Positions 39,401 to 53,622 are shown, numbered from the stretch's first letter. The stretch is DNA of 64,000 nt from Octopus bimaculoides (GCF_001194135.2 NC_068987.1:54274530-54338529), one strand, 5' to 3'. A program made the numbers and translations. Notes: a model not told the origin generated them from the letters alone.

Positions 39401-40455
39401 TTTAGTTATAACCCTTAACGGTCTGAGTTCAATACTCACTGATGTTGACCTTGCCTTTTGTTATTTGGTATGGAGGGTGGGTGTAAGATATATGGCAGTC
39501 AAGTACTGGTATCGATATAATTGACTGTTTTCTTCTCCCTCCTCTTTGCTTGCAGCTAAATGGGTTCTGTTAGATGGTGCAGTTAAACGGGGTGGTCGAT
39601 TAACCATTGAAATCACGTCAAATGACATGTGAGTATCTGGTCTTTGGGAGCTATAGCTCCCAATGAGAGATGACTCAGACCATGATGAACAGTCTAACCC
39701 ATGCCAGCAGGGGAAGCAGGCATAAAATGGCTGCCTTCATTTAGTCAATAACCCATTTAACTGTGGTCTGTAAATGACATTTTTAACCCTTTAGCATTAA
39801 GATTTTTCTGTAAAATGTAATGCTTATTTATTCACATTGATTTGAATTAGTCATGCATTACCTTATAGCTTTGAGATTTCAATGACATGATTGTTTACAT
39901 TCAGAATGATATTGTAGGGTGAGTGTGATAGGTCAGATCTGGTTGGTTTAAAGATAAAACAGGTAGATTATTTTGGTTAGATATGGCCAGTATAAATGCT
40001 AAAGTGTTAAGAAAATGAAGTTTTCATGAATTCTTTGTTTCATTTCAGGTGCAGGAAGAGTTACCAGCTTGCTCTAAACAATGGCTACATCACATAGAAC
40101 CTTCTGAAGATTGTGGTGAAACCACTTGCCTGTCACAAGACAAAGACATCAACTGCTTACAGACTTGTAAAACTGAAAAAGAAGAAATTAGAGATTTTTT
40201 GGACTATTATAACAAATATAGTACAATCCTACACCAAGAAGAGTTTGAAAATGGTATTTCTTACCCTAACTGCAAGGCACTTAATGATTTCTTAGAAACT
40301 AATCAATCAAAAGAATATTATGACCAGTTTTTAGTGCCAGAAAAGTACTTTTCTTTGTTTGTAATTTTAGATATTGTCTGTCCTCATTTACGTAAGAGTG
40401 TCTGCTTCACAAAAAGGTAAAGTTTTACATTCTGTTATCATTATTAATATTATTA

Positions 40456-40486
<31 letters not shown>

Positions 40487-41499
40487 GTTGTTTCTTTTTC
40501 TTCTTTCTTCAAATTTTCTTCCATTTCTCGCCGAGTGTTTTCCGCACACCTAGGGCAGAGAAACTCGTTGTATGCATTCCCAGTTTACACTCGCAAATTC
40601 ACGGGTAAAATATGTATTTAAAAAAAAAAAAAAAATCATGAATGGATGTTGTTTTCACAGCGATAATGCTCTTCTCAGTACATAAGTCGTTCCAGTTAAC
40701 ACGATTTCTTGCACTTCTTGTAGGGATGGTAAGCCTGGNNNNNNNNNNNNNNNNNNNNNNNNNNNNNNNNNNNNNNNNNNNNNNNNNNNNNNNNNNNNNN
40801 NNNNNNNNNNNNNNNNNNNNNNNNNNNNNNNNNNNNNNNNNNNNNNNNNNNNNNNNNNNNNNNNNNNNNNNNNNNNNNNNNNNNNNNNNNNNNNNNNNNN
40901 NNNNNNNNNNNNNNNNNNNNNNNNNNNNNNNNNNNNNNNNNNNNNNNNNNNNNNNNNNNNNNNNNNNNNNNNNNNNNNNNNNNNNNNNNNNNNNNNNNNN
41001 NNNNNNNNNATTGTTAGCATGCTGGATGAAATCTTTAGCGGTATTTCGCCTGCCATTACGTTCTGAGTTCAAATTTTGCCGAGGCCGGCTTTGCCTTTCA
41101 TTCTTTCGGGGTCAATTAAATAAATACTAGTTACGCTCTGGGGTCAAGGTAATCAACTTACCTCCTCCCCACAAATTTCAGGCCCTGAATAGAAAGGATT
41201 GTTGTTGTTGTTGTTAAGGTGGTCAGCTGGCAGAATCGTTAGCATGCCAGGTAAAATGCTTAGCAGTATTTCGCTTGTCACTACGTTCTCAGTTCAAATT
41301 CTGCCATGGTCGACTTTGCCTTTCATCCTTTTGGGGTCAATAAATTAAGTACCAGTTATGTACTGGGGTCGATGTAATTGACTAGTCCCCCTCCCCACAA
41401 ATTTCAGACCTTGTGCATTTAGTAGAAAGGATTATTATTATTATCATTATTATTTGGCGGCAAGCTTGCAGAATTGTTAGCTCATTGGAAGTAGAAAGG

Positions 41500-41531
<32 letters not shown>

Positions 41532-41748
41532 TATCATTATTTTTTTTTTATATTTAATTTTATTATATTTTTACTATGGTATACTACATATGCTTCTCTT
41601 CAATATCTTATTGTATACTGTCTATATTTTCTATACATTTATACATATATATTTTTCCTTTCATTTCATTATGCGTAAACCCACCACATTTGATGTCTGT
41701 CTTTGTACTGTCCCACCTCATCCTTTGCCCTGGTAGCAAATAAAAGAA

Positions 41749-41783
<35 letters not shown>

Positions 41784-43420
41784 CATCATGATCGTCTATT
41801 TGTTTCTATTAGGTATGGTCACTATATTGAAGGTTCTGGTTCCATTATTCAAATGTCCACAGATGGCCAAGTAAGTATTTTCGAAATGGTTCCATCTAGA
41901 ACTCTTCCTTTAACACTGAGTCATTCAAAGTTTATTTCAACAAGGTTTTCGGTGTTACACTGGTATTACACAGTCGTTACTTTGAAGTTTTTAAAAAAGA
42001 AGCACTTATGGAAATAGATATAAACATGGAACAGAGGTAGTTGTATGCTGTCAACTTAATGTGACAGTCCCCTGAAGGGAATAATACTACTGTTGGTTAG
42101 ACCTAGGAAGCTGCACCGCTTCCTGTCGGCCTTGACACATTTCCTGTGTCCTTATGTTTACAAGGGGGAGACAAGCACCTCTTGTAAACATAAGGACACA
42201 GGAAATGTGTCAAGGCCAACACAAAGCGGTGTAGCTTCCTAGGTCTAACCAACAGTAGTATTATTCCCTTCAGGGGACTGTCACATTAAGTTGACAGCAT
42301 ACAACTACTTCATCGTATCACTACTGCATAAATCTCTCTGAGAGATTTTGAAATGTATTATTTCTAAAAATGGAACAGAGGTGTAACAAAAATGTTTGGT
42401 TTTTATTTTGTCAATTAAGTGTTATTTCCTATTTGTTTTTATCTATAAATCAAAGGAAATGACTACTATTCCCTTCAAACTTTGCTTTTGTGACATGGAC
42501 ATTAGTGTTTTGAAACTGACCTATTTCCCATTACATTTTAGACAGATTCAGCACTGAGTTGCTGAAGCAGAAATATCATTATACCAAATATTCTGCTCAA
42601 TACCACAGATTTACTGGTCAGTTGCATGAGTGACCTTAACCACTTGAGCATGTTTTTTAATGGTTGACAATAAGTGCAACTCTGATCATGAGCAGGAGTA
42701 GCGGTGGAACATCATAGCCATGTGTTGAGAGGGATTCTTCGGGGTTTGAATAAATGTTTGAATAAATGTAACAAAAGAAAATAAATGCCAGCTGTCTGCT
42801 AGTGCAGTATTCTATCCCTCCACCTCTTTGGAGTCTGTCAGAAACCCACAGTCAAGTTATCCAGTGCATAGTGTGTACATATGAAATGAGGTTCCTCCAA
42901 TGGGTCTTTGGAGTTACATTACTCGGCAATGTGCATAGCTCAGGGATAACAACATACCCTTAACATCTGAGATGTTGTAAGGGTATGTTATATGATAGAT
43001 TTGGCTGTTGCTTCTAGCCAGTCAAATGATCTCTTAGGAACTTCTTCATTGGCTCATAGTAATACCAATAGTCAGTACTTATTGGAGGAATTCTATTATA
43101 TCTTTCTACCTACCTTACAAACATGAACACTACCTTTGCACGCTCAGTTATGGCTTGAATGAATTTCAAGAAAGAAACCAGTGAATCATTGAATGAATTC
43201 AACATGATAATTATTTGTTTTTCTAAAACTTCAGTCGGTAAAAGATGCCTATGACTTGAAAATGAAGACACAGCAGCTAAAAAACCGTAAGCAGTGGAGC
43301 GAGGAGGAATTTAATGTTGTACGGAAACTAAAGCTACGTTTCTTTACCCCAAGAGAGATTGCTAATCTGTTATGTTTCCCTCACACATTTGGTGAGTATT
43401 TTGAGCAAGATTTGTCAGAC

Positions 43421-43502
<82 letters not shown>

Positions 43503-43838
43503 TTGTGTGCATATATAAATATATATATATATATACANNNNNNNNNNNNNNNNNNNNNNNNNNNNNNNNNNNNNNNNNNNNNNNNNNNNNNNNNNNNNNN
43601 NNNNNNNNNNNNNNNNNNNNNNNNNNNNNNNNNNNNNNNNNNNNNNNNNNNNTTATTGCATCCTCTTTCTCTCTCTGTCTATTTATCTTTTTATCTATAT
43701 ATCTGTCTCTTCTTATTCACTATCCACCTTAGGCGGTATCCCCCCCCCCTATCTCCCTCTGTCATTCTGAATTTCCTTACACCTTTCCATTTATGCTAAT
43801 TCCATCCTTTTTCCATTCCTTCCCTACTACCTCTCTCT

Positions 43839-43877
<39 letters not shown>

Positions 43878-46800
43878 TGATCAGCCTCATTGTCATCATC
43901 ATTATCATCATCATCATCATCACTTGCCATTAAAACTCTGAGCCTCAGAGATAGAATGGAAATGATAAGAAATAGTCAGCAGGTGAGAATGGGATTGATT
44001 CCACACCAGTCTGACACCACCACCACCACACTCATGTTTCGTGTTATTTACCCCCCACCCCACCCTGGAATGTTGCTCCTCCCTTGTTCCTCTTTGCTTT
44101 CTCCACCCTTTTGACTGGAAGGAACCTTCTACCAGAGAATTTCTGTTGGTGGTGGGATGAAGACAGAGGCCAGACATGGTAGCAGTGAGAGGGGGGTGGA
44201 GACAGAGATGCTAAGTGTAGGTGGAGAAGGAAGTGCCTGGACAAGAATGTTTTGGGAGTTCTTCATTTTAGCACAAATAAGCTACTACCATCACTACTCT
44301 CACCACTACCCTCACCAACTTCAGTACTTCCATTTCAATCACTACCACCATCAGCATCACCATCATCATCACCACTACAACCATCATCATCATCACTAGT
44401 CATCATCATAAGGATTGCTATATCCATTGCCCACATCATTTCCATTCCTGTATTGCTGAAGCATACTGCTTTCATTGTCACCACCCCTATAGATGACAAC
44501 ACCATTATTTAAGCCGACGAGAAGGCCATTACTTAGCTGCTTAGTCTGGTAGAAACAGCAACCAAATCTTCTTCAAATAACATCCTACCAACTTAAAAAT
44601 GTAGTCCTGGGTTTCCTGCACATAAAAAGAAAGAAACAATGGGATGATCACATCTGGAATACATCCAGTCATAGATCTGCTAAGGGCTAACCTGTGACTA
44701 AACAACAATACGATCAGGAACCAACGATAGAATCTATATATACATAGAGGATTTACCTTTTACCAGCCATATCCAGCCAGAATATTCTAACAGTTTTATG
44801 CTGAAACTGGCCCGATCTGGCCTCTCACACTTACCTTACAGTGTTATTCTAGAAATAAACAATCATGTCATTGAATTCCCAAAGTTACAAGATAATTAAT
44901 GATTAATTCAAAGGAATGTCAATAAATAGGCATCACATTTGGCTGAGTGATCTGAATGTTAACCCTTTCGTTACTGTATTTATTTTGAGATGCTCTGTGT
45001 TTCTTTCAATTACTTTAACTATAACAAAGAATTTAGTAAAATAACTCAGTTATCATTTAGCTACTGTTAGGAATATAAATTGTGACTAAGGTTTGGTGGA
45101 AGATTTTAATTCAAAACTTATGAAAACAAGGCATTTGTACTCAGATCCAGTGCTGGTTTCAGCCGGGTTGGTAACTTCAACTTCTGCAGGGTCAGTTGTG
45201 CGACGTGCGGCCAAGCTTGGTTTTGAAGAAGAATTGGTCCTTTTCTATTGACCAATGCTGGTTATTGTTGTCGGAGTTTCTTATGCATTTCATCCATTTG
45301 CTGACAGTACTTCTCCGCTGTAATGATTTCGCCTGGATCCAAAAAGCTGTGATGGATGAGACGGGCCGCAGACCAAATAGTGACCATGACCTTCTTTTGG
45401 TGCAGCTTTGGCTTCCGGAAGTGCCATGGAGCTTCGTCAGCATCCAACCACTGAGCTGAGCATTGCCAGTTGTCATAAAGAATCTACTTTTCATCNNNNN
45501 NNNNNCTCAAGTCACAATCCGGTCGAGAAACAGGTTATTCTTGTTGCGTGAAAGAAGGGAAGCTGACACTTCAAAACGGCGTTTTTTTTTTGGTTGTTGT
45601 TCAATTCGTGCGGCACCCATTTCGCAAGTATTTTTGTTTTTCCAATCTCTTTCAAGTGGTTGGATATTGTTGTATACATTACGTCTAATTCAGAAGCAAG
45701 CTCTCGAACAGTTGGGCATGGACTGGCTTCTACTAAGGATCTTAGTTGATTGTTGTCAGCATCTGATGGCTGACCACTACGCTTATCATCTTCAAGACTC
45801 TCACTACCGCTATGGAATTTCTTGAACCACCATTTTGCTGTACGTTCATTAGTGGTTCCTGGGTCAAACACATCGTTCATATCGCGAGCTGTTTCAGCAA
45901 CTTTTCAGCCTAGCTTGAACTGGAATAAGAAAATTGTGCGAATTTGCTTTTTGTTCATGTTGTATTCAACGTTCCAGAAAAAAAATGGCCTAATTATTCA
46001 AAAAGAAAAAGAGTAACACGATTAGATAGAGCGAAAAACAGGTTTTAAAATGATATATAAAGCCAAAGTAATTTAATGAAAATTAATTTGAAAATACATT
46101 ATTTAAAACCAAAATTTAAAATTCCGTAAGAACTTTCTTGACAACCTAATAGCAGAGAAAGTTTAAATAAATGGCTGAAAATGTTGCTTTATAAATACAC
46201 TTTTCATAATTCAATTTTTTTTCTCACGCATTCACTTGCAGTGTTTGACTTTTTCCTTCATTGTGAAAAGTACAATGGAGGGATGAGGGAGTAAGGATTT
46301 TTTTCTTTTAACGTGAGTTACAAATGTTTCAGAATGTAAAATACAGAAAATGACAGAAAATTACAGAAAAGAAAAATATATCATTTTAGTGGTTGCTGTT
46401 CCAAAGGTATGATGTATGTGTCTGTGTGAAGGAAGAGACAAACATTGAAAAGACATGGATTTTTAAACTTTTGTTTTAAAAAAGCTTCCCTTCATTGTTT
46501 TGGAATGCATGAAAAAGAGGGAAAATCCTGACAAAATTTGTGGAATTCCAACATATATGGGACAGCTATTCTGAAAGAATTCTATTTCTCCATCAGATGA
46601 CAACATACAAGTTCTGGTCTTCTCATAGGTCTTTGCAATAACAAGAACTAGTTCTTCTGGAATGTCATATGCTTGAAGGATCTTCCATATTTTGTAATGA
46701 TGGGTGTTGTCAAACCCATGGCTAAAACCCACAAAGGTTATAATGGCAGGTAGCAATCTTGATTTAACTCCTATGATATGCCTCAGGGCTAAGATCTGAG

Positions 46801-47952
46801 ATGTTGTGGCTCTCCTTGGTCTAAATCCATTTTGATTTGGTCTTACATGGCTATCAAGCACCTGTTGAATCCTGTTGAGGATCTTTCAGTTGATGACTTT
46901 GAGTAAGATGCTGGACAGTGCAATTCCTCTGTAGTTAGTTCTATTGCCGGGGTTTCCTGACTTTGGGATTGGTATCAAGTTAACCTCAGACCTCTGATCT
47001 GGACTTTCTTGGTTCTGCAAGAGCTTATTTGCAAAATCCAGTATTATTTCATCCTGATTACATCTCTTGATAACTTCAAGGGGAATTTCATCAGGGCCAG
47101 CAACTTTTCCTTCTTTCAGTCAATTTTTGGTCCTCTGAATTCTTTCAAATATTAACTGGGGTAGTAAAGGAGATACGCTTGCACCATATCTGTTTGTAAC
47201 TGTATTGGATTATGCAATGCATAAGTTTAAAAATCCATGTCTTTTCAATGTTTGTCTCTTCCCTCACACAGATTATGCAATGCATAATCCAGTGGACAAC
47301 AGTGACAAAAATAATGAAAAGAGAAAAAGGTTAAATTAAATGAATACATGTGAGCATAAAAGCAATAATTCTAAAGCTGAAGAAAGAAATGCTTTGAGCT
47401 ATTGAGAGATCTGATTTTATAATCAAAACTAAATTCAAAATTTAAATTTTACTACAGGCACAGGAGTGGCTGTGTGGTAAGTAGCTTGCTTACCAACCGC
47501 ATGGTTCAGGGTTCATTCCCACTGCATGGCATCTTGGGCAAGTGCCTTCTACTATAGCCTCGGACCGACCAAAGCCTTGTGAGTGGATTTGGTAGACGGA
47601 AACTGAAAGAAGCCTGTCGTATATATGTATGCATATATATGTGTGTGTCTATGTTTGTGTTTCTGTGTTTGTCCCCCCAACATCACTTGACAACCGATGG
47701 TGGTGTGTTTACGTCCCCGTAACTTAGTGGTTCGGCAAAAGAGACCGATAGAATAAGTACTAGGCTTACAAAAAATAAGTCCTGGGGTCAATTAGCTCGA
47801 CTAAAAGGCGGTGCTCCAGTATGGCCACAATCAAATAACTGAAACAAGTAAAAGAGTAAAGAGTATTACCTACTTGCTCTTTCATAAAATAAGACCAGTT
47901 TTCAATGCCTCACTGAAATAAAGAAGTTTACAATGGCAATATATGTGTATGC

Positions 47953-47990
<38 letters not shown>

Positions 47991-49156
47991 ACATGAATAT
48001 CTTTAATGGCCAGTAATCAACTTAAGATCACTGCTCAGTCATGCATTGAAATAAGAAATCTAAACTAGAGACAATAAATAACTTCTTTCTATCAATCTCT
48101 TTATCCTTCTATCTCACACACACATACTCAAACACAAACACCAATTCCCATGGGAATTATAGATGCTTTGAGAATGGGTAGCAAAGTGTTTTTTAATTGA
48201 ATAAATTGATGTCACTTATGTAGTTAAAACTGGTTATTTATCAAAAAAGAGAGTCCATTACATTTTTTACAATATTTTCATTTATTGAGAGAAACCCCCT
48301 GCATGCAAGATCGCTAAGAGATGGGACCCCCTATACTGAGTGCTACATAACCTTCATAGTAGGAGGGTCCTTTAACTGTGGATGTCCGTGGCAATTGCCC
48401 TCTTTGACCCCCTATAAATCCAACCCTGCCTGTGCTATCTTTTAAGTCTTGTATTTATTCTATCAATCGCTTTTGCCAAACTGCTTCATTATGAGGATGT
48501 AAACAACCCAACACCAGTTCTCGAGTAGTGGTGGGTGAGAAATACATGTACACATTTGCCATTTTGCAAAACAGCAAATAAAAAGACAACCTCCTTTGTG
48601 ATAGACAGCTGAAGGGATACATCTGCACCTATGATGCACCACAACTCTTTGTACAGCATTCCACCTGTGATGTACCAGTGTACGATGGGTCGAAACAATT
48701 ATAGTGAATAAAGAGTCTTGTGAATTTCATTTCTTTCTTTCAAATTTTTATAAGTTCTACAGACACAAAGGAATTCCTTAAGTAAATCCTGTTGATGACA
48801 TCAGATAGCTGAATACTGTGAATAGGCTTTAAATGTATGCTCGAATATAGAGCTATTATATTTATATAATGTGTGTGTGTGTGTGTGTGTCTATATATAT
48901 AATGTACATGCATGTTTATATATATAATGTATGTGTATGTATATTCTTTTACTTGTTTCAGTCATTTGACTGCAGCCATACTGGAGCACTGCCTTTGGTC
49001 AAGCAAATTGACCCCAAGACTTATTCTTTGTAAGCCTAGTACTTATCCTATCGACCTCTTTTGCCGAACCGCTAAGTTATAGAGACGTAAACGCACCAAC
49101 ATCAGTTGTCAAGCGATGTTGGGGAGACAAACACAGACACACAAACATATACACAC

Positions 49157-49194
<38 letters not shown>

Positions 49195-50706
49195 GACAGG
49201 CTTCTTTCAGTTTCTCTCTGCCAAATCCACTCAAGGCTTTGGTCGGCCCGAGGCTATAGTAGAAGACACTTGCCCAAGGTGCCATACAGTAGAACTGAAC
49301 CCGGAACCATGTGATTTGTGAGCAAGCTACTTACCACACAGCCACTCATGTGTATGTGTCCCTGTGTTTGTATACATGTATATATATATATAAGATCGGA
49401 AGAGCGTNNNNNNNNNNGTTTTGATTATCATGAGGGTATAGCAGAAGATACTTGCCCAAGGTGCCATGAAGGGACTGAACCCAGAACCATGTGATTGGGA
49501 AGCAAACCTCTTACCACACAACACTGATATCAACAAATACATTAGTGTGCCTTTCCTTTTTTTTTGCTTTGGGTGTTATTTAAGGAAGAGTTGGCTACTA
49601 TTTCTAGCTGATTATACCACCACTTGTGTAGGGGCCTCCTGATTAACCTCACAATACTGTTAGAGTTTGTGTGTGTGTTTGGTTGTGGTGGGTTGCCACA
49701 GCTGTCAAGGGCTGAGAAATGGCACGCTTCTTGACATTCAACAATTCCATATCTTCCTTTACCTTCTTCCACTCCTGCCACCCCTGTAAGTCATACCCTT
49801 TCTCCTCCCTTGCTTGCTTCTCATCCTCACTTAAAGACAACAATATATGCTCCTCCACTTCTACCATCACCACCACAGCCACCATACAGGCACACATTCC
49901 AGAAAGAGGAAGGTTATGGCAGTAGTATATATGTATGTGTGTGTGTGTGTATATGTATGTCTGTCTGTCTATGTATGTATATATGTAACACTGTCCCTTT
50001 TCTGCCTGCTTCTTCCTTTTTTCTGCTCCTTCTTCCTTTTATCACCTCACCCACCATTTCAGGACTCCCATATGTTTGTATTTACAGTACATACATACAT
50101 AACTAAAGCCTTGGAGATATCATTCTATCTTCCCCTCATCTTCAACCCACCTTTTAATGGTTGGTGGGCACACTTAGAAAGTGTGTGTAAATATGTGGGT
50201 ATTTGCTTGTCTGGCATGTGGAGCGGGGGAGGGGGGTCCTGTTGCCAGGCATTAGTGTATCAACAGTCATGTGTCTTCATTCCCATGGCAGGAATATACA
50301 TTACCCTCACTCCTTTGGTTCATTCACAAACATGCACATCTGTTTACAAGGGAACATCTATCAATGATGATAGATGTGCATGTGTGTGTGTGTGTGTATG
50401 TATATGCTCTTTCTCTTTTACTCTCTTTTACTTGTTTCAGTCATTTGACTGCGGCCATACTGGAGCACTGCCTTTAGTCGAGCAAATCGACCCCAGGACT
50501 TATTCTTTGTAAGCCTAGTACTTATTCTATCGGTCTCTTTTTGCTGAACCTCTAAGTTACGGGGACGTAGACACACCAGCATCAGTTGTCAAGCGATGTT
50601 AGGGGGACAAACACAGACACACAAACACACACACACACACACACANNNNNNNNNNNNNNNNNNNNNNNNNNNNNNNNNNNNNNNNNNNNNNNNNNNNNNN
50701 NNNNNN

Positions 50707-50764
<58 letters not shown>

Positions 50765-51324
50765 ACGACAGGCTTCTTTCAGTTTCCGTCTACCAAATCC
50801 ACTCACAAGGCTTTGGTCAGCCCGAGGCTATAGTAGAAGACATTTGCCCAAGGTGCCACGCAGTGGGACTGAACCCAGAACCATGTAGTTGGTAAGCAAG
50901 CTATTTACCACACAGCCACTCCTGCACCTATGTGTATATGTGTTTATATACATATATATGTATGTTTGTATATATTTATATATGTGTTTGTATATATGTA
51001 TGCATGCATCATCATTGTCATCGTTGTCATTTAATGTCCGTTTTTCATGCTGGCATGGATTGGACAGCTTAACAGGAGCTGGCATGGCCAGGTTTTACAC
51101 CAGGTTCCATAGTCTGTTTTGGCTTGGTTTCTACAACTGGATGTCCTTCCTAGCACCGACTACTTTACAGAATGTACTGGATGCTTTTTACAAGGCACCA
51201 CCACCAGTTCTTTTTATGTGGTACCATTACCAGTGCCTTTTACATGGCACTAGAACCAGTGCTTTTTATATTTATTTAGTAGATATATATAGATAGACAG
51301 ATATATATATACACATGTATGTAC

Positions 51325-51356
<32 letters not shown>

Positions 51357-53371
51357 ACAAGGGGGTGCTGCAAACTTCCTGGTTTTGAGTAAAAGAAAAT
51401 ACAGGAGAATCAGTTAATTATGATTTTATTCAACGTATTCCCCTCTCACATTCACACGCTTACACAGTGGTCCTTCAGTTTTTCTAAGCCCTGTAAAAGA
51501 ACTCAGAAGGTTGAGCCTCCAAACAGGCATTTCGTAATACCCAAAAAGTCAGGAACTTTTCAACACCCTTTGATATATATAGTTATGTATACATGTGTGT
51601 ATGAATATATACGTGCTTGTGTATATTTAAATGTGTGTGCATGTAAGCACACAGTACACTGTAAAGTGGTTGGTATTAGGAAAGGCTTCTGGCTGCAGAA
51701 AGCATGCTCCAAAGTCTACTTTGGCAGACATTGGAGCATGGCACAGTCCTCTGGTTCACATGAAAAACAGACATTAAATGATGGTGATGATATAAATACT
51801 GTAAAAACCCATATTGTTAAAAAAAAAACAGCCTCTACTCATGTAAAATTCACACCTAAAAGTTTTCAGAATTGCTGATATGACCAGGGGGAAAAAGTTT
51901 TCAGTTTAGTTGTATTTAGCATAATTTCACTTACTTATGATTAGGTTTTATTAAATCTTCATTAAATAAAAATAATTTCTGTTTAACAGGTATCGCATTG
52001 AAAGCTATTAGATTATGAAGTGTTTGTGCTGTTTATAATAAACTTTATTTTACATTTCTTGCCTACAAGAGATTATATCCAATCTTTAGCATACTTCTAT
52101 ATGCCTTCTCAAATCACAACCACAGGAAATATTGTTGATAATTCTTATAAACAAAAACAAAGCTGATAAATACGCACAAGTGTTGCAAAATAAGTTTAAT
52201 TACCGATAAACATCAGCTTGAATGACACTTTACTCAACTGACAGAGGAAGGTGACCAATCAAACTGATTATGCAAACAGAATTTTGACTGGTCGAAAGTG
52301 TCTTCTTGTCTCAAGCTCTGATTTTCTGCCTGTTCTTGTCGGAACCTTTGATATGGAGTATCGAAATTTTAATCCCTTTCACACTTATAAAATGTCAAGC
52401 AAGCTTAAAAATTTGTCATTACTGTTTTAGCCAGGAGACCAAACTGATAGTTTGGTAGCCCACTAAAATAAACATTAAAAATCAAAAGGAGAAAATAAAC
52501 AGCTTTGCAAGTTTAATTCAGGATTTATTGAACAAGAGAAGTGCGAAATTTAAGAAGTGATTTGTTGGAATATACATGTCTGTGAGGAGACATAAACAAG
52601 AATAGCAAAAACTCTACTATACCAAAAGAACTGGTATTATATACATTACAAGTGTTCTATGAAGAGAACATAAGATTGCTGCATAATTCAACATGAATGT
52701 CAAACGACATTAAACATTGTGTGAGGTAAATGAAGGTTTCTGTAGGAACACTAAGTCATATTCACTTAGTGAGTTTACATGCACAAGGATGAATTATGAT
52801 GTTGTCATCAGCCTTAGATACAGTAAGAGCTAGTAGTGGCGATGTCGGTGGTGACGAATTTCATTGTCCTAACACGGAGAAAGTGAACAATAGCTTCCTG
52901 AAGGTAAACTCACGCTAGACTTCTTAAGTGGAGAAAAACTGATCTATTTAAGGAAAATTGCTGGGCTCCGTTGCAATTAGTAGAAACTCCAAACAATGTA
53001 AAATATGGCCCAGACCATGATTACCTGCATGAACGTCAAACTTCAAAAAGTAGTTAACCATTTAATAGTTGTAGTAAATTTATACAGAAAACGCAAGCAT
53101 TATACCGTCCAGCATAAATAAAAGTCAACTTCGTTATATTTTTTATGTGAAAACCTATTCTGACATTAAATGAGTCAACTTCAAATGTGAATGTTTACAT
53201 TTGTACTTCATTTTTCAACAAAAATTGTTTTTTTAAATTCTGGAAATGATGTACTCATGTAATTTATGCACCCACTAAAGTTTATTTTTGTTTTTGTGAT
53301 AAAAAAAAGTGCATAAATTACATGGGGTTTTATGTATACACGCACACACACACACACACGCACGCACACAC

Positions 53372-53402
<31 letters not shown>

Positions 53403-53588
53403 TACACACNNNNNNNNNNNNNNNNNNNNNNNNNNNNNNNNNNNNNNNNNNNNNNNNNNNNNNNNNNNNNNNNNNNNNNNNNNNNNNNNNNNNNNNNNNN
53501 NNNNNNNNNNNNNNNNNNNNNNNNNNNNNNNNNNNNNNNNNNNNNNNNNNNNNNNNNNNNNNNNNNNNNNNNNNNNNNNNNNNNNNNN

Positions 53589-53622
<34 letters not shown>

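Noticed and set aside
40739-41009. Missing TRDMT1 exon hidden in an N gap (also about 43538-43652 and 53410-53588)
   Set aside because: Flanking exons already join in phase and give a continuous DNMT2 with all motifs. The gaps abut repeats.
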